A DNA stretch of 64,000 nt from Flavobacteriales bacterium (lineage in GTDB: Bacteria; Bacteroidota; Bacteroidia; Palsa-965). A program made the translations under genes and the position numbers. Shown here one piece after another: positions 1 through 9,606 of the stretch. The DNA lies in NCBI GenBank assembly GCA_040377305.1, contig JBEIPA010000022.1:1-64000 (forward strand). The letters are read 5' to 3'. The notes under the pieces are model-generated. The model ran no database searches. It was not told the origin of the DNA and saw only the letters and a program-made list of their open reading frames with translations. Numbering within the stretch: the first letter of the stretch is position 1; every line of letters begins with the position of its first letter.

Positions 1-301
1 TAATCCGTTTTGAAAAACTATTCATGTGTGCTATCGGATATTACTGACCGATGCTCTGGTTATGTTGCACCAGGTTAATGGCCCCCAATAGGGGCCAAAC
101 ATGTGTTGCCAAAGGCAACTCCCTCTCCCTTTTTTATTCTGCGCGACACCGTAGGTGTCGCGCTCACAAAAATCCTGTTCTCACATGACCACTTGCAAAT
201 AGATCGCTGCCAGATCCAATGCTTCCTTTACCACATCCTGTTTTCCAATCGTATATTCGTATGGAATCGTGAATGTCCCGCGTCCTATTCAAAACCGCTG
301 T

Positions 302-1621
302 ATGCAACGACTACTTACACTGCTGATTCTGTTTGCAGGTTCTGTGCTTTACGCGCAACAGGAACTTCCGCCGTTGCTGGTAATGGGGAGAATTGTTTCA
401 GCGTCAGATTCAACGCCGGTAGAAGGTGTCGTTGTAAGCTGCAAAGATCCGGCACGATGGTCGACTTCGAATGCGAACGGGAAATACGCTTTGTTCCTAA
501 TGCAGAAATCAGGTCTGGTCATTGAATTCCGTCACCCTGCATTTGAAACAAAGTACGTTCCAATTACGAAAGCTACCCTCGTTGATACATTACGCCTCGA
601 TGTAGTGCTTAAACCAAAAACAAATGAGCTGCCTATAATCGACATTACGTCTGGTCCGCAAACAGTGTTCGGTAACTGGACATTCTTCGTGGAGGATTTC
701 ATGTTTGTAGATGAAAACAGAATGGTGTTGCTCACATTCGAGAAGACGCTGAAGGATGCGAAAGTTTTGCTTGTAGACAATCAGCAGAAAGTGCTCAGCA
801 GCTTCGATGTGCCGGTAGAAGCGAAAGAGCTCTATCGCGATTACCAGGGCAATATTAACGTGATGTGTGTCGATTCCGCATTCCGTGTGAAAGTTGTTCC
901 GCCTTCGATGGTTATTCTGCTCGCATTGCCTTACAGAGATTTTTGCGATCGCATGTTGCCTTGTGTCGATACATGCGGCGGCAATATTCTCTTCTCGAAT
1001 TATGTGGAGCAATATCCTGCATTTTCCTATTTCGCATTTAGTCCGGCAGACACCACCATACGTAAGCTGCGATACGTAGTCGATGGTGAGCTGCTGGACT
1101 CTTACAATTGGGAATTCGATTTTCTCAAACCGAAAGACCGTTTGTATGCACGCAAAATGGAAATCTACACAGGCATAGACAAGCGTGTGATCGCAGCAAC
1201 AATGACTGGCTTTCCAAGTTCGATTTATTACACGCCACTTTACGCACCCATGTTCGTGAAGGGAGACACGATTTGCGTGTTCGATCATTATGTCGACACG
1301 CTTTTCCTCTACAATAAGAACATGGAACTCATCGGCGCGAACAAAATTGACTATCACCATCCGAAAAACTGGAAAGAGTGGGACCGACAGATTCACCAGG
1401 ACGAAATAACCGGCGAACTATATGCGCGTTTCGAGAAAGGTGGATATTACACACTCAAAAAAATCGACATCGCCACCGGCAAAATCACCGGCGAATACAA
1501 AATCGATAATCCATGGGTGAAACACATCCGCATCCGCAACGGAGACGTGTATTACATCTATCGCCCAAAGGATTCTATTCAGACGAAGTATTTGTATAAG
1601 GAGCACGTGCAGCTTTCTTAA
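302..1621 (+). CDS. Secreted protein with N-terminal carboxypeptidase-regulatory-like domain
   Basis: Signal peptide MQRLLTLLILFAGSVLYA|Q; GRIVSASDSTPVEGVVV...SNANGKY...FRHPAFET pattern typical of CarboxypepD_reg-like domains. Start moved from 269 to ATG 302. Confidence 0.7.
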   Translation: MQRLLTLLILFAGSVLYAQQELPPLLVMGRIVSASDSTPVEGVVVSCKDPARWSTSNANGKYALFLMQKSGLVIEFRHPAFETKYVPITKATLVDTLRLDVVLKPKTNELPIIDITSGPQTVFGNWTFFVEDFMFVDENRMVLLTFEKTLKDAKVLLVDNQQKVLSSFDVPVEAKELYRDYQGNINVMCVDSAFRVKVVPPSMVILLALPYRDFCDRMLPCVDTCGGNILFSNYVEQYPAFSYFAFSPADTTIRKLRYVVDGELLDSYNWEFDFLKPKDRLYARKMEIYTGIDKRVIAATMTGFPSSIYYTPLYAPMFVKGDTICVFDHYVDTLFLYNKNMELIGANKIDYHHPKNWKEWDRQIHQDEITGELYARFEKGGYYTLKKIDIATGKITGEYKIDNPWVKHIRIRNGDVYYIYRPKDSIQTKYLYKEHVQLS

Positions 1622-1691
1622 TCCGTGTAAATCCGCTTAATCCGCCCAATCCGCGTACTATTATAACATTGCTTCTTCGTAACTTAGGGGT

Positions 1692-2315
1692 ATGAAAAAA
1701 TTACTCCTTATTCCCGCACTCGCACTCGTTGCTATGTCTTTCGTCGCAGTAGAAATCACTCCGATTGACCTCGGCACAACACTTCCGCTTGCTGATCGCA
1801 AAATGGAAAATGCATCCGATGGCAAACTTGTTTCCCTGAACGATGCAAAGAAGAATAATGGGTTGCTCGTTATTTTCTCATGCAACACATGTCCGTATGT
1901 CATTGCACAGGAAAGCCGCATCACTGATATGCAGAACAAAGCAGGTCGTATGCAGATTGGCGTTATCATCATCAACTCCAATGAAGACAAACGTTCTTCA
2001 GACGATTCTAAAGACGCCATGAAGAATTATGCTTCAAAGCAGAAGTACACTGCACCTTACGTAATCGACTCAATGTCTATGATGGCAGACGCGTTCGGTG
2101 CAACACGTACACCAGAGTGCTTCCTCTTCGACAAAGACGGCAAACTCGTTTACCGCGGTTCAATCGACGATAGTCCGAAAGACGAAAAAGCGGTGAAGAA
2201 CAACTACCTCCTCGATGCAATGACTGCAGTTTCCAAAGGCAATGCAGTTACAGTTGGAACATCCGTTTCTTCGGGTTGCACGATTAAGCGCAGGCAGATT
2301 TCTTCGACGAAGTAA
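1692..2315 (+). CDS. Exported thioredoxin-fold (AhpC/TSA-like) protein
   Basis: Signal peptide, FSCNTCPYV CxxC, GATRTPECFLFD, YRGSIDD and C-terminal GCTIKR motifs. Confidence 0.85.
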   Translation: MKKLLLIPALALVAMSFVAVEITPIDLGTTLPLADRKMENASDGKLVSLNDAKKNNGLLVIFSCNTCPYVIAQESRITDMQNKAGRMQIGVIIINSNEDKRSSDDSKDAMKNYASKQKYTAPYVIDSMSMMADAFGATRTPECFLFDKDGKLVYRGSIDDSPKDEKAVKNNYLLDAMTAVSKGNAVTVGTSVSSGCTIKRRQISSTK

Positions 2316-2336
2316 GATTTCCTTAAACGCTGATAA

Positions 2337-4736
2337 ATGAAACAGAAACTATACTCTGTACTTCTTGCTATTTGCATTCTCGGTAATGTTGATGCTTTCG
2401 CCCAGCAATGGCAACCGCACACGAATGATTCAAATCTGATGGGCATTTTCGGACTGCGTCCGATATTGCGCATGGGATCTGAACATTATGCTTACAACAA
2501 AAATACATGGTACAGGATTCCTGATATTACACAACCATGGTTGGAAACTTCACAATCAGGCATCACGCCCGGTCAGCAGAAGTATGTCCGCGCGTTCGTA
2601 ATAAGCGACACGATTTTTTGTTACACAGAAAGTAACGAATGGCTGTATAGCACGGATAGCACGAATAGCTGGAATATTTATACACCTAACGGATTTCCTG
2701 TACTCTCTGGTTATGTGAACCTGGAGTTTTTTAATTTGGGAACGAAGCGTTTGGCATGGTGGGGAACTTCAGTGTACACTACGTATGATGGATTTAATTG
2801 GACTTTCTCCGGAATCACCACAGATGTAGTACAGGTAATTGAAGACACTTTGTTAAGGGTGAGAACCGCGCCGAACTACACAATTTATGATACAGGTTTC
2901 GTTGCATTGAATACAGTTCCGGCGTATGCTTATATGGGAGGTGGCAACCGCTATTTGTATTCGTTTGTTCCCGGATGTGTTGCACCACCGAATTGCTGGG
3001 ACTCCATATTCCGTATTGATATTACAAACCCTTTCCCGGTATGGATGCCTCATGGAGAGATGGTTTTTGATTCTGTGTTTGAAGATTGTTTGCCAATAAT
3101 TTACCATGTAGTCGATAGTATGCACTTGCTGATTGGAAATCATATTTCTCCAATCGGAACTTCTGCTCAGATGTATTATCAGTCTTTGGATAATGGTGTA
3201 ACCTGGAATCTTAGAACAGATTTAAAATGGATTGGTTATGGATGGGAGATTGGCATGCTTGGTGACGACACGCTTTATGCTTTCGATAATTTCGCATTCA
3301 ACTACAGATATTCTATAGATGAAGGAGCAACATGGCAATTGTTTCCGAACCAGGTGTTAGGCCTTGATTATAGTCAGATATGTTATTCCGCTACTGGCGA
3401 CACGATGTTGTGGTATAAACACACAGATGGTGGTGGATATCATTATGCGGAAACAATTTTCAAAAGTCATGATGGCGGATTGACCTGGTCACGAGCAGAT
3501 AATGGTCTGGCTACACTTCCTTCCGCCAGTGATTCGACAGTTACTACCTATAGCCGTTCCTCACCGGTTTACCGTTGTGGAAATCAGTTTATGATTTGGC
3601 AGGAAGATATTAGCCGCATGTATAGATCAAACGACGGAGGAACTACATGGCAGCAAACCACAATTCCTCCGGGTAGTGTAATGGTTCTATGCGGTAGTGA
3701 TGATAACGAGTTCTTTCTCGACGGCTGGTATTCGAGTACGGATGTAGATCATTTCAACCGTACATCAGATGGGGGACAAACCTGGAATCCAATGCAAGTC
3801 CCGCGCGGCGATTCAACGAACGGTTGCAATTACAACAATCACGTTATACAGGGAATTCACGACACGCTTATTTGTAAGTTCGATCAGTATAACAATCCGG
3901 TGTATGGTCCGGGTATGTATGTTCGTCGTGTGTTTATTTCTACGGATGACGGAATTAACTGGACTGAAATAACGCCTCCTGGGTTACAAACCAATCTTGC
4001 ACGAATACCGGATGCATCCATTTTGTGGGGGCCGATTATTCTGGCTTATGCGGGGCATGCTGATCAATTCATGATGGTCACACGTTGGGTAGACTCCACA
4101 AATTCGGGTTCATATTGGGATCCACTCGTGTATCAGGATTCATTGTACTGGTTTGATGGCTCATCATGGACCATCATTCAGCATGCTGGACTTCCTTCCG
4201 ACATTGATATACAATCGCTCATGTATGATGGTACAGATTTTTACTTGGGATCTAATTATGGCGTATACATGAGTTCAGATACCGGACTGACGTGGGGATT
4301 GAGTGCGCGATATTCAGGTGTCGGATCTTCTCCGCAGTCAAATGCTGGATTCACAGGAAGACTAACATTGTATTATCTGAACAAATTCAATACACATTTC
4401 CTTACCGCAACCGACGGCAATGGACTCTGGCGCTACGATTTGCTATCAATGGATGAACATTCACCTATCGCACAAACTACAGATCATTCAATGTTAGTAT
4501 TCCCAACACCTGTGGGCGAAAACGGAAATATTTACTGGTCACTCACCGAATCTGCAGAGAACGCAATTGTAGAAGTGAAAGATATTCGCGGCGCAGTGAT
4601 TACGACCTCAACGTACAATGGCTATGCCAGCAATACCGTGATGTCGGAATCAGTAGAAGGACTTGCTGCCGGAGTTTATCTTTTCAGTGTGACAGCGAAT
4701 GGTACTACGGAAACACAAAAAATCGTGATTGAATAA
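2337..4736 (+). CDS. T9SS type A cargo with BNR/Asp-box repeats (beta-propeller)
   Basis: Signal peptide AFA|QQ; repeated Asp boxes (SLDNGVTW, SIDEGATW, SHDGGLTW, SNDGGTTW, SDGGQTW, STDDGINW, SSDTGLTW); C-terminal VFPTP...GVYLFSV...QKIVIE CTD. Confidence 0.8.
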   Translation: MKQKLYSVLLAICILGNVDAFAQQWQPHTNDSNLMGIFGLRPILRMGSEHYAYNKNTWYRIPDITQPWLETSQSGITPGQQKYVRAFVISDTIFCYTESNEWLYSTDSTNSWNIYTPNGFPVLSGYVNLEFFNLGTKRLAWWGTSVYTTYDGFNWTFSGITTDVVQVIEDTLLRVRTAPNYTIYDTGFVALNTVPAYAYMGGGNRYLYSFVPGCVAPPNCWDSIFRIDITNPFPVWMPHGEMVFDSVFEDCLPIIYHVVDSMHLLIGNHISPIGTSAQMYYQSLDNGVTWNLRTDLKWIGYGWEIGMLGDDTLYAFDNFAFNYRYSIDEGATWQLFPNQVLGLDYSQICYSATGDTMLWYKHTDGGGYHYAETIFKSHDGGLTWSRADNGLATLPSASDSTVTTYSRSSPVYRCGNQFMIWQEDISRMYRSNDGGTTWQQTTIPPGSVMVLCGSDDNEFFLDGWYSSTDVDHFNRTSDGGQTWNPMQVPRGDSTNGCNYNNHVIQGIHDTLICKFDQYNNPVYGPGMYVRRVFISTDDGINWTEITPPGLQTNLARIPDASILWGPIILAYAGHADQFMMVTRWVDSTNSGSYWDPLVYQDSLYWFDGSSWTIIQHAGLPSDIDIQSLMYDGTDFYLGSNYGVYMSSDTGLTWGLSARYSGVGSSPQSNAGFTGRLTLYYLNKFNTHFLTATDGNGLWRYDLLSMDEHSPIAQTTDHSMLVFPTPVGENGNIYWSLTESAENAIVEVKDIRGAVITTSTYNGYASNTVMSESVEGLAAGVYLFSVTANGTTETQKIVIE

Positions 4737-4746
4737 TTGATGTAGC

Positions 4747-4779
4747 AAACCTTAAAGGTTTTTAAAACCTTTAAGGTTT
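4747..4779. repeat. REP-like palindrome between convergent genes
   Basis: AAACCTTAAAGGTTTT-T-AAAACCTTTAAGGTTT, 16-bp perfect arms. Confidence 0.7.
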
Positions 4780-6742
4780 AGCTACCAAGCTTCCTAAACG
4801 CTTTACGCATCACATTAAAATCATTCTCCAGTTTGTAATCTTTCGCGTACAAAAGATTCAAGCGCTTGCTGATTTCCGGCGTGCGTTGTTCTTGAGGTAA
4901 AACTTCAACCGGACTCAATACACCCTTCTTGATTTTCGGAAGGTGAATGTTGTCATCGCTTGAAGGGGCATATCCAACCCAGGATTTCGCACCAAACATT
5001 ACAGTAAACACATTCCCAACATATCCGAACGGATTTTTCTGTGTCCACATAACCAGCGGAAAAGTAGAGAAGAGCAGGAGTGAAGTCCCGAAATCAAACA
5101 CGCGCTTATTGCGTTTGTTCACCGGTTTGCTCACAGAGTTGATGTCAATCACATATAAATCACCGGCTGTATCAATCGAGTTACTTCCGATGATCGACAT
5201 ACTTTCGGGTGGAGCAATCTTGTATGCCGTTTTGCCTTCGTCGCGCAATGCAGCCATGCGATCGATGATGTCTTGCGCAGCAATATCTTTCGCGCAGAAA
5301 ATCACTTCATCGATGTTGTAGATGTTCACAATCTCCGGAAGTTGATCGAATCGCCCGAGAAAAGCAGGATTTGTGTTCTCTCCTTCCACACTCACAAATC
5401 CAACGAAGCTGGCTTTGATTCCTGTTTGACCAAGTAGACTTTTCACGCGATCGCATTCTTCAGCACTTCCTGCAATGGCAATGCGCTGTGAAGTTGACCC
5501 GTCCATGCGCATAGACTTGATCTTCATCGCATGCATGATCAATCGCGAGAACGTCAAACTGATCATCGACAAGCCCGCACCGAATAAAATCATCGCACGT
5601 GAGAAGCGATAAATCTCCGGAAGCAATGAATACACGATGAGAATTCCGGCAGTTCCAACAAGAATACCGCGCATGATCTTCAGCAAGCGCACTGGTTTGT
5701 CATAACCGCCGCTGAAGTATACCGACAAGAGCCAGACGAGTGTGTAAATCGGGAAGAAGATATTCACGAGCTCATTCTGAAAGTAACCACCTTGTTCAGA
5801 GAGTTTCACTTTCTCCTCGTAATATCCTTTCACGAAATACATTCCCGCCAAAATGATTGCTGCGTCTAATGCGGGTAGTGCTGCTTTTTTTATGAAGCGG
5901 GAAGATATTGCCATTCCTGCTCGCAACCAGATTGCAATGTTGATCAGGAAGGAGAATAAGCTTGCATTGCTTTGTGAAAAGTGTTTCTTTGCGAAAATAA
6001 CCATCGCGCGATAAAACACGAAAACGTAATTCACACTGCTCTTCTTCGTGCTTTCACCTTTGTAGTGAATGATGCGTGTATCGTGGAAATAGAAATTCTT
6101 GTATCCGCCGAGAATAATTCTGTACGAGAGATCAATGTCTTCTCCGTACATGAAGTAATCTTCATCGAGCAAACCAACTTTGTCGATTGCGGCTTTTCTC
6201 AGCAACATGAATGCACCCGAGAGAACATCTACCGAATGCGTTTGATTGCGATCAAGATAACCGAGGTGATATCTTCCAAATGTTTTTGATTTCGGAAACA
6301 AGGCCGACAATCCAAACACTTTGTAAAACGCAACCGATGGAGTAGGTAAGCCGCGTTTCGATTCAGGAAGGAACTTTCCTTTGCCGTCAATCATTTGCAC
6401 TCCAAGTCCACCGGCATCTGCATGCGAATCCATGAAGTCGATGACTTTACTAAATGTGTTTTCTTCTACAACCGTATCCGGATTGAGCAACAAAACATAT
6501 TCACCTTTTGCAAGACGAATAGCCTGGTTGTTGGCTTTGGAAAATCCGGTGTTGTCTTTATTGGCGATAAGAATGACTTCCGGAAATTTCTCCTTCACCA
6601 TTTGCACCGAGCCATCAACCGAGTTGTTGTCAACAACGAAAACTTCCGAGTCAATTCCTTGGACAGCTTTCCGCACAGAATGCAGACACTGCTCCAGGAA
6701 ATGCTGGACGTTATAGTTGACGATTATTACGCTAAGTTTCAA
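4778..6742 (-). CDS. GT2 glycosyltransferase fused to membrane segment, Rossmann-like domain and truncated sugar-transferase-like tail
   Basis: LSVIIVNYN, VVDNNSVDGS, LLNPDT and FMYGEDIDL motifs; about five TM helices; RIAIAGS...IDEVIF domain; KRVFDF tail. TTG start. Confidence 0.9.
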   Translation of the reverse strand: MKLSVIIVNYNVQHFLEQCLHSVRKAVQGIDSEVFVVDNNSVDGSVQMVKEKFPEVILIANKDNTGFSKANNQAIRLAKGEYVLLLNPDTVVEENTFSKVIDFMDSHADAGGLGVQMIDGKGKFLPESKRGLPTPSVAFYKVFGLSALFPKSKTFGRYHLGYLDRNQTHSVDVLSGAFMLLRKAAIDKVGLLDEDYFMYGEDIDLSYRIILGGYKNFYFHDTRIIHYKGESTKKSSVNYVFVFYRAMVIFAKKHFSQSNASLFSFLINIAIWLRAGMAISSRFIKKAALPALDAAIILAGMYFVKGYYEEKVKLSEQGGYFQNELVNIFFPIYTLVWLLSVYFSGGYDKPVRLLKIMRGILVGTAGILIVYSLLPEIYRFSRAMILFGAGLSMISLTFSRLIMHAMKIKSMRMDGSTSQRIAIAGSAEECDRVKSLLGQTGIKASFVGFVSVEGENTNPAFLGRFDQLPEIVNIYNIDEVIFCAKDIAAQDIIDRMAALRDEGKTAYKIAPPESMSIIGSNSIDTAGDLYVIDINSVSKPVNKRNKRVFDFGTSLLLFSTFPLVMWTQKNPFGYVGNVFTVMFGAKSWVGYAPSSDDNIHLPKIKKGVLSPVEVLPQEQRTPEISKRLNLLYAKDYKLENDFNVMRKAFRKLGS

Positions 6743-6911
6743 TGTGCAGATGTGCAGATGAGCGAATGTGCAAATGCGCGCAAAACGCTTCTTGCTGTCG
6801 GGTGCGAAGGTACAAACGGAAATTGTGCGGAAATAGTATAAAACCCCTGTTTTTGGCGAATATTTAAGGGTTTAACATCTGCAGATCTGCACATTTGCAA
6901 ATCTGCACATC
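6742..6911. repeat. Inverted arrays of 8-bp (ATGTGCAG-like) units flanking the putative GT2 promoter
   Basis: 6742-6760 ATGTGCAGATGTGCAGATG vs 6876-6894 CATCTGCAGATCTGCACAT (18/19 inverted match). Confidence 0.7.
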
Positions 6912-6920
6912 GTCGGAGAG

Positions 6921-7541
6921 TTATCTGGAAAATGTCGCCTCGTAAGGCACCCGATTCACAATCGATCTGCCTAGCGTAATCTCATCGGCATATTCCAGTT
7001 CATCGCCAACCGCAATTCCTCGTGCAATTGTGCTCACCGGAATGTTGTGGTCTTTCAGCTTGCGATAAATGTAGAAGTTGGTCGTGTCGCCTTCCATGGT
7101 TGTGTTCAGCGCCATGATGATTTCTTTCACGTTGCCGGACTTCACACGTTCAACGAGCGAGTCAATACTCAGATCATTCGGACCAACACCATCCATTGGA
7201 GAAATGATGCCTCCAAGAACGTGATAAACACCACCGAACTGCTGCGTGTTTTCAATGGCCATTACATCGCGCACATCTTCTACAACACACACCACACCGT
7301 GATCGCGTTTGTAGTTGTTGCAAACTCCGCACATATCTGCATCGCTGATGTTATTACAGATTCTGCAATGCTTAAGATCTGTTTTGAGTCGCTGAAAAGT
7401 AGCTCCAAACTTATGTACGATGTTGTCATCCTGCTTGAGCATGTGCAACACGTAACGCAAAGCCGTCTTGCGGCCAACACCGGGCAAGGAAGCAAACGCC
7501 TCCACAGCCTCTTCAATCAATTTCGACGGATACTGGATCAT
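6921..7541 (-). CDS. recR: Recombination mediator RecR
   Basis: [11 protein letters not shown] HhH, C4 zinc finger (CRIC...CGVC), [32 protein letters not shown]. Confidence 0.97.
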   Translation of the reverse strand: MIQYPSKLIEEAVEAFASLPGVGRKTALRYVLHMLKQDDNIVHKFGATFQRLKTDLKHCRICNNISDADMCGVCNNYKRDHGVVCVVEDVRDVMAIENTQQFGGVYHVLGGIISPMDGVGPNDLSIDSLVERVKSGNVKEIIMALNTTMEGDTTNFYIYRKLKDHNIPVSTIARGIAVGDELEYADEITLGRSIVNRVPYEATFSR

Positions 7542-7613
7542 TGAGGCGTAAAGTTAATACAGTTCACAGTTTTTTCATTCCCATTTGCCTTAATAAAGTC
7601 AACCGGTAGTTGT

Positions 7614-7759
7614 TAGTTGCGCCTTTGGCGCTTTGCCACAGATTCGCAGATTTCTCAGATTGCGCAAATTATTTTTTTTCACTGTATGCCCCACAAATTA
7701 CAATCTGAGAAATCGGCGTAATCTGCGAATCTGTGGCAAGCGCGCTGGCGCGCAACCAA
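7614..7759. repeat. ~145-bp palindromic intergenic element (GCAGATT-type units)
   Basis: TTGCCACAGATTCGCAGATT / AATCTGCGAATCTGTGGCAA 20-bp inverted repeat plus inner ATTTCTCAGATTG / CAATCTGAGAAAT. Confidence 0.75.
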
Positions 7760-7784
7760 GTCTGGCTTTTCGTAAATTCGAAGT

Positions 7785-9350
7785 GTGAGCCGCATCCTCA
7801 TTTCCAGTTTAATTGTTCTTCTCTTCCATTTGGGAGAAATGCCAGCCCAAAATCCCGGCGACATTCTTTTCGGTCTCCCAGGAATCCATACGGTCGAAAT
7901 CAATTTCCAGCAAACGGGCTGGTGGGACACGCTTGTCAACAACAAAACGCTGAGCGATCAGACTCTGCAGGATGTTTACACGAGCGGAAACATTGTCATT
8001 GACGGAAACAACATCGACAGCGTGGGCGTTCGTCTAAAGGGAAATTCCAGTTACGGACATCCCGGAATGAAAAAGCCAATTAAGCTGGAGTTTGATGAGT
8101 ACCGCAACAATCAACGTTACGACGGTCTCACCTCTCTGCACCTGAACAATTCCGCGTACGATCCAACGATGTTACGGGAGAAACTGATGCTTGATATTCT
8201 CATCAACAACGGAATTTCGGCTCCGCGTTGTGCATTTGCATTGGTGTATTTCAATTCCACATTTGTTGGAGTGTACAACATGATCGAACACATCGACAAG
8301 AAATTTCTCGGGACGAATTTCAACGACAATCGCGGTAATCTCTACAAAGGTGATCCGAATGGCACGCTGGAATGGTATGGAAACAATCCTTCATCGTATC
8401 ACGGCAATTATGAACTCAAAACGAACGAGACACAAAACGACTGGAGCGGACTCATCAATCTCATTGACGTGATCAACAACAGCGGACCGAATTTTCCTAC
8501 TGCTATTCGTCAGGTGATGGATATTGACGCGTTCCTGTGGTATCTCGCTGCGCAAAATGTTTTCGGCAATCTCGATTCGTATGTACATAATCCGCACAAC
8601 TACTATTTGTATCATGATTCGCTGACAAATAAGTTTGAGTGGATCGCCTGGGATGTCGGTCTTGCATTCGGAGTGTTTCCAACATTCTTCGACACGAAAC
8701 CACAAGACATGGATGTGTTTTACATTCCAGGAAACGGAGAACGAACTCCGTTAACTGTCGAATTGTTTAAACACGAGGAGTTCCGACAGATTTACCTGAA
8801 TGCAATGTGTACGTTCATGAATCAGGAATTGAATCCGGCGATTTTGTATCCGAAGATTGACAGTCTGGCTAACGAAATTCGTCCATGGGTTTATCAGGAA
8901 TCAGCATCGAACAAAATGTACTCAACAGATCAGTTCGAAGGAAATCTCGGATACACGTCGTATGCCGTTTGGATACTTGCCGAAATTCCCGGACTCAAGC
9001 AATTTGCCTCACAGCGAATCGGCAATCTCTCTGTTAGTTTGTGCCAGGAAGGTTGGAGCTGTTACTTAGGAACAGCTGCGACTCCAATCGGTGAGGATGC
9101 AATTCACGTTTTACCGAATCCTTCAACCGGGAAAGTAATTATCAGGTTCGATTCTCCGGATGCCCGCACATCTGTTTATTACCGCGTAACCGATATGCTG
9201 GGCAACACGATCGTGCAGGAAAACGTGCTCATTGATATGTCCACTTATTCCCGTGAAATGGATTTCAGTGGTTACGCAGCCGGCGTTTATGTTCTCAAGG
9301 TTATCGGTACGTGTGAGGTGATCGAGCGGAAGATTGTGATTGTGAAATAA
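7785..9350 (+). CDS. CotH-family kinase with T9SS type A CTD
   Basis: GVRLKGNSS, MLREKL, GVYNMIEHID, GNLDSY...HNYYLY and WIAWDVGLAFG motifs; LPNPSTG...GVYVLKV...RKIVIVK CTD; signal peptide. Confidence 0.88.
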   Translation: MSRILISSLIVLLFHLGEMPAQNPGDILFGLPGIHTVEINFQQTGWWDTLVNNKTLSDQTLQDVYTSGNIVIDGNNIDSVGVRLKGNSSYGHPGMKKPIKLEFDEYRNNQRYDGLTSLHLNNSAYDPTMLREKLMLDILINNGISAPRCAFALVYFNSTFVGVYNMIEHIDKKFLGTNFNDNRGNLYKGDPNGTLEWYGNNPSSYHGNYELKTNETQNDWSGLINLIDVINNSGPNFPTAIRQVMDIDAFLWYLAAQNVFGNLDSYVHNPHNYYLYHDSLTNKFEWIAWDVGLAFGVFPTFFDTKPQDMDVFYIPGNGERTPLTVELFKHEEFRQIYLNAMCTFMNQELNPAILYPKIDSLANEIRPWVYQESASNKMYSTDQFEGNLGYTSYAVWILAEIPGLKQFASQRIGNLSVSLCQEGWSCYLGTAATPIGEDAIHVLPNPSTGKVIIRFDSPDARTSVYYRVTDMLGNTIVQENVLIDMSTYSREMDFSGYAAGVYVLKVIGTCEVIERKIVIVK

Positions 9351-9606
9351 TCTGCATCGAACCCTTTACGGTCTCTGCGCCGGAGCCTGTCCTGAGTTTT
9401 CGTCGAAGGGCGCCGTTGCAGTTATCGACCATGTAAATCCTGGTTCTCACGACAAGCCACGATCTAGGTTCTCACAAATCCGTTTGATTCGTATTTTCCG
9501 TCCTTTCCGCGTACCATTAACCGAAATCCTCTTGTCAGCATACAATAGTTGATAAGTCAACGAATTGTCTTTCCGTTTAACGGTCGAATAACTGAACTTC
9601 GTCCCA

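Noticed and set aside
1-165. Possible minus-strand gene start (ATG at 25, MNSFSKRI) and hairpins at 81-97 and 141-163
   Set aside because: Too little sequence inside the window to support a call.
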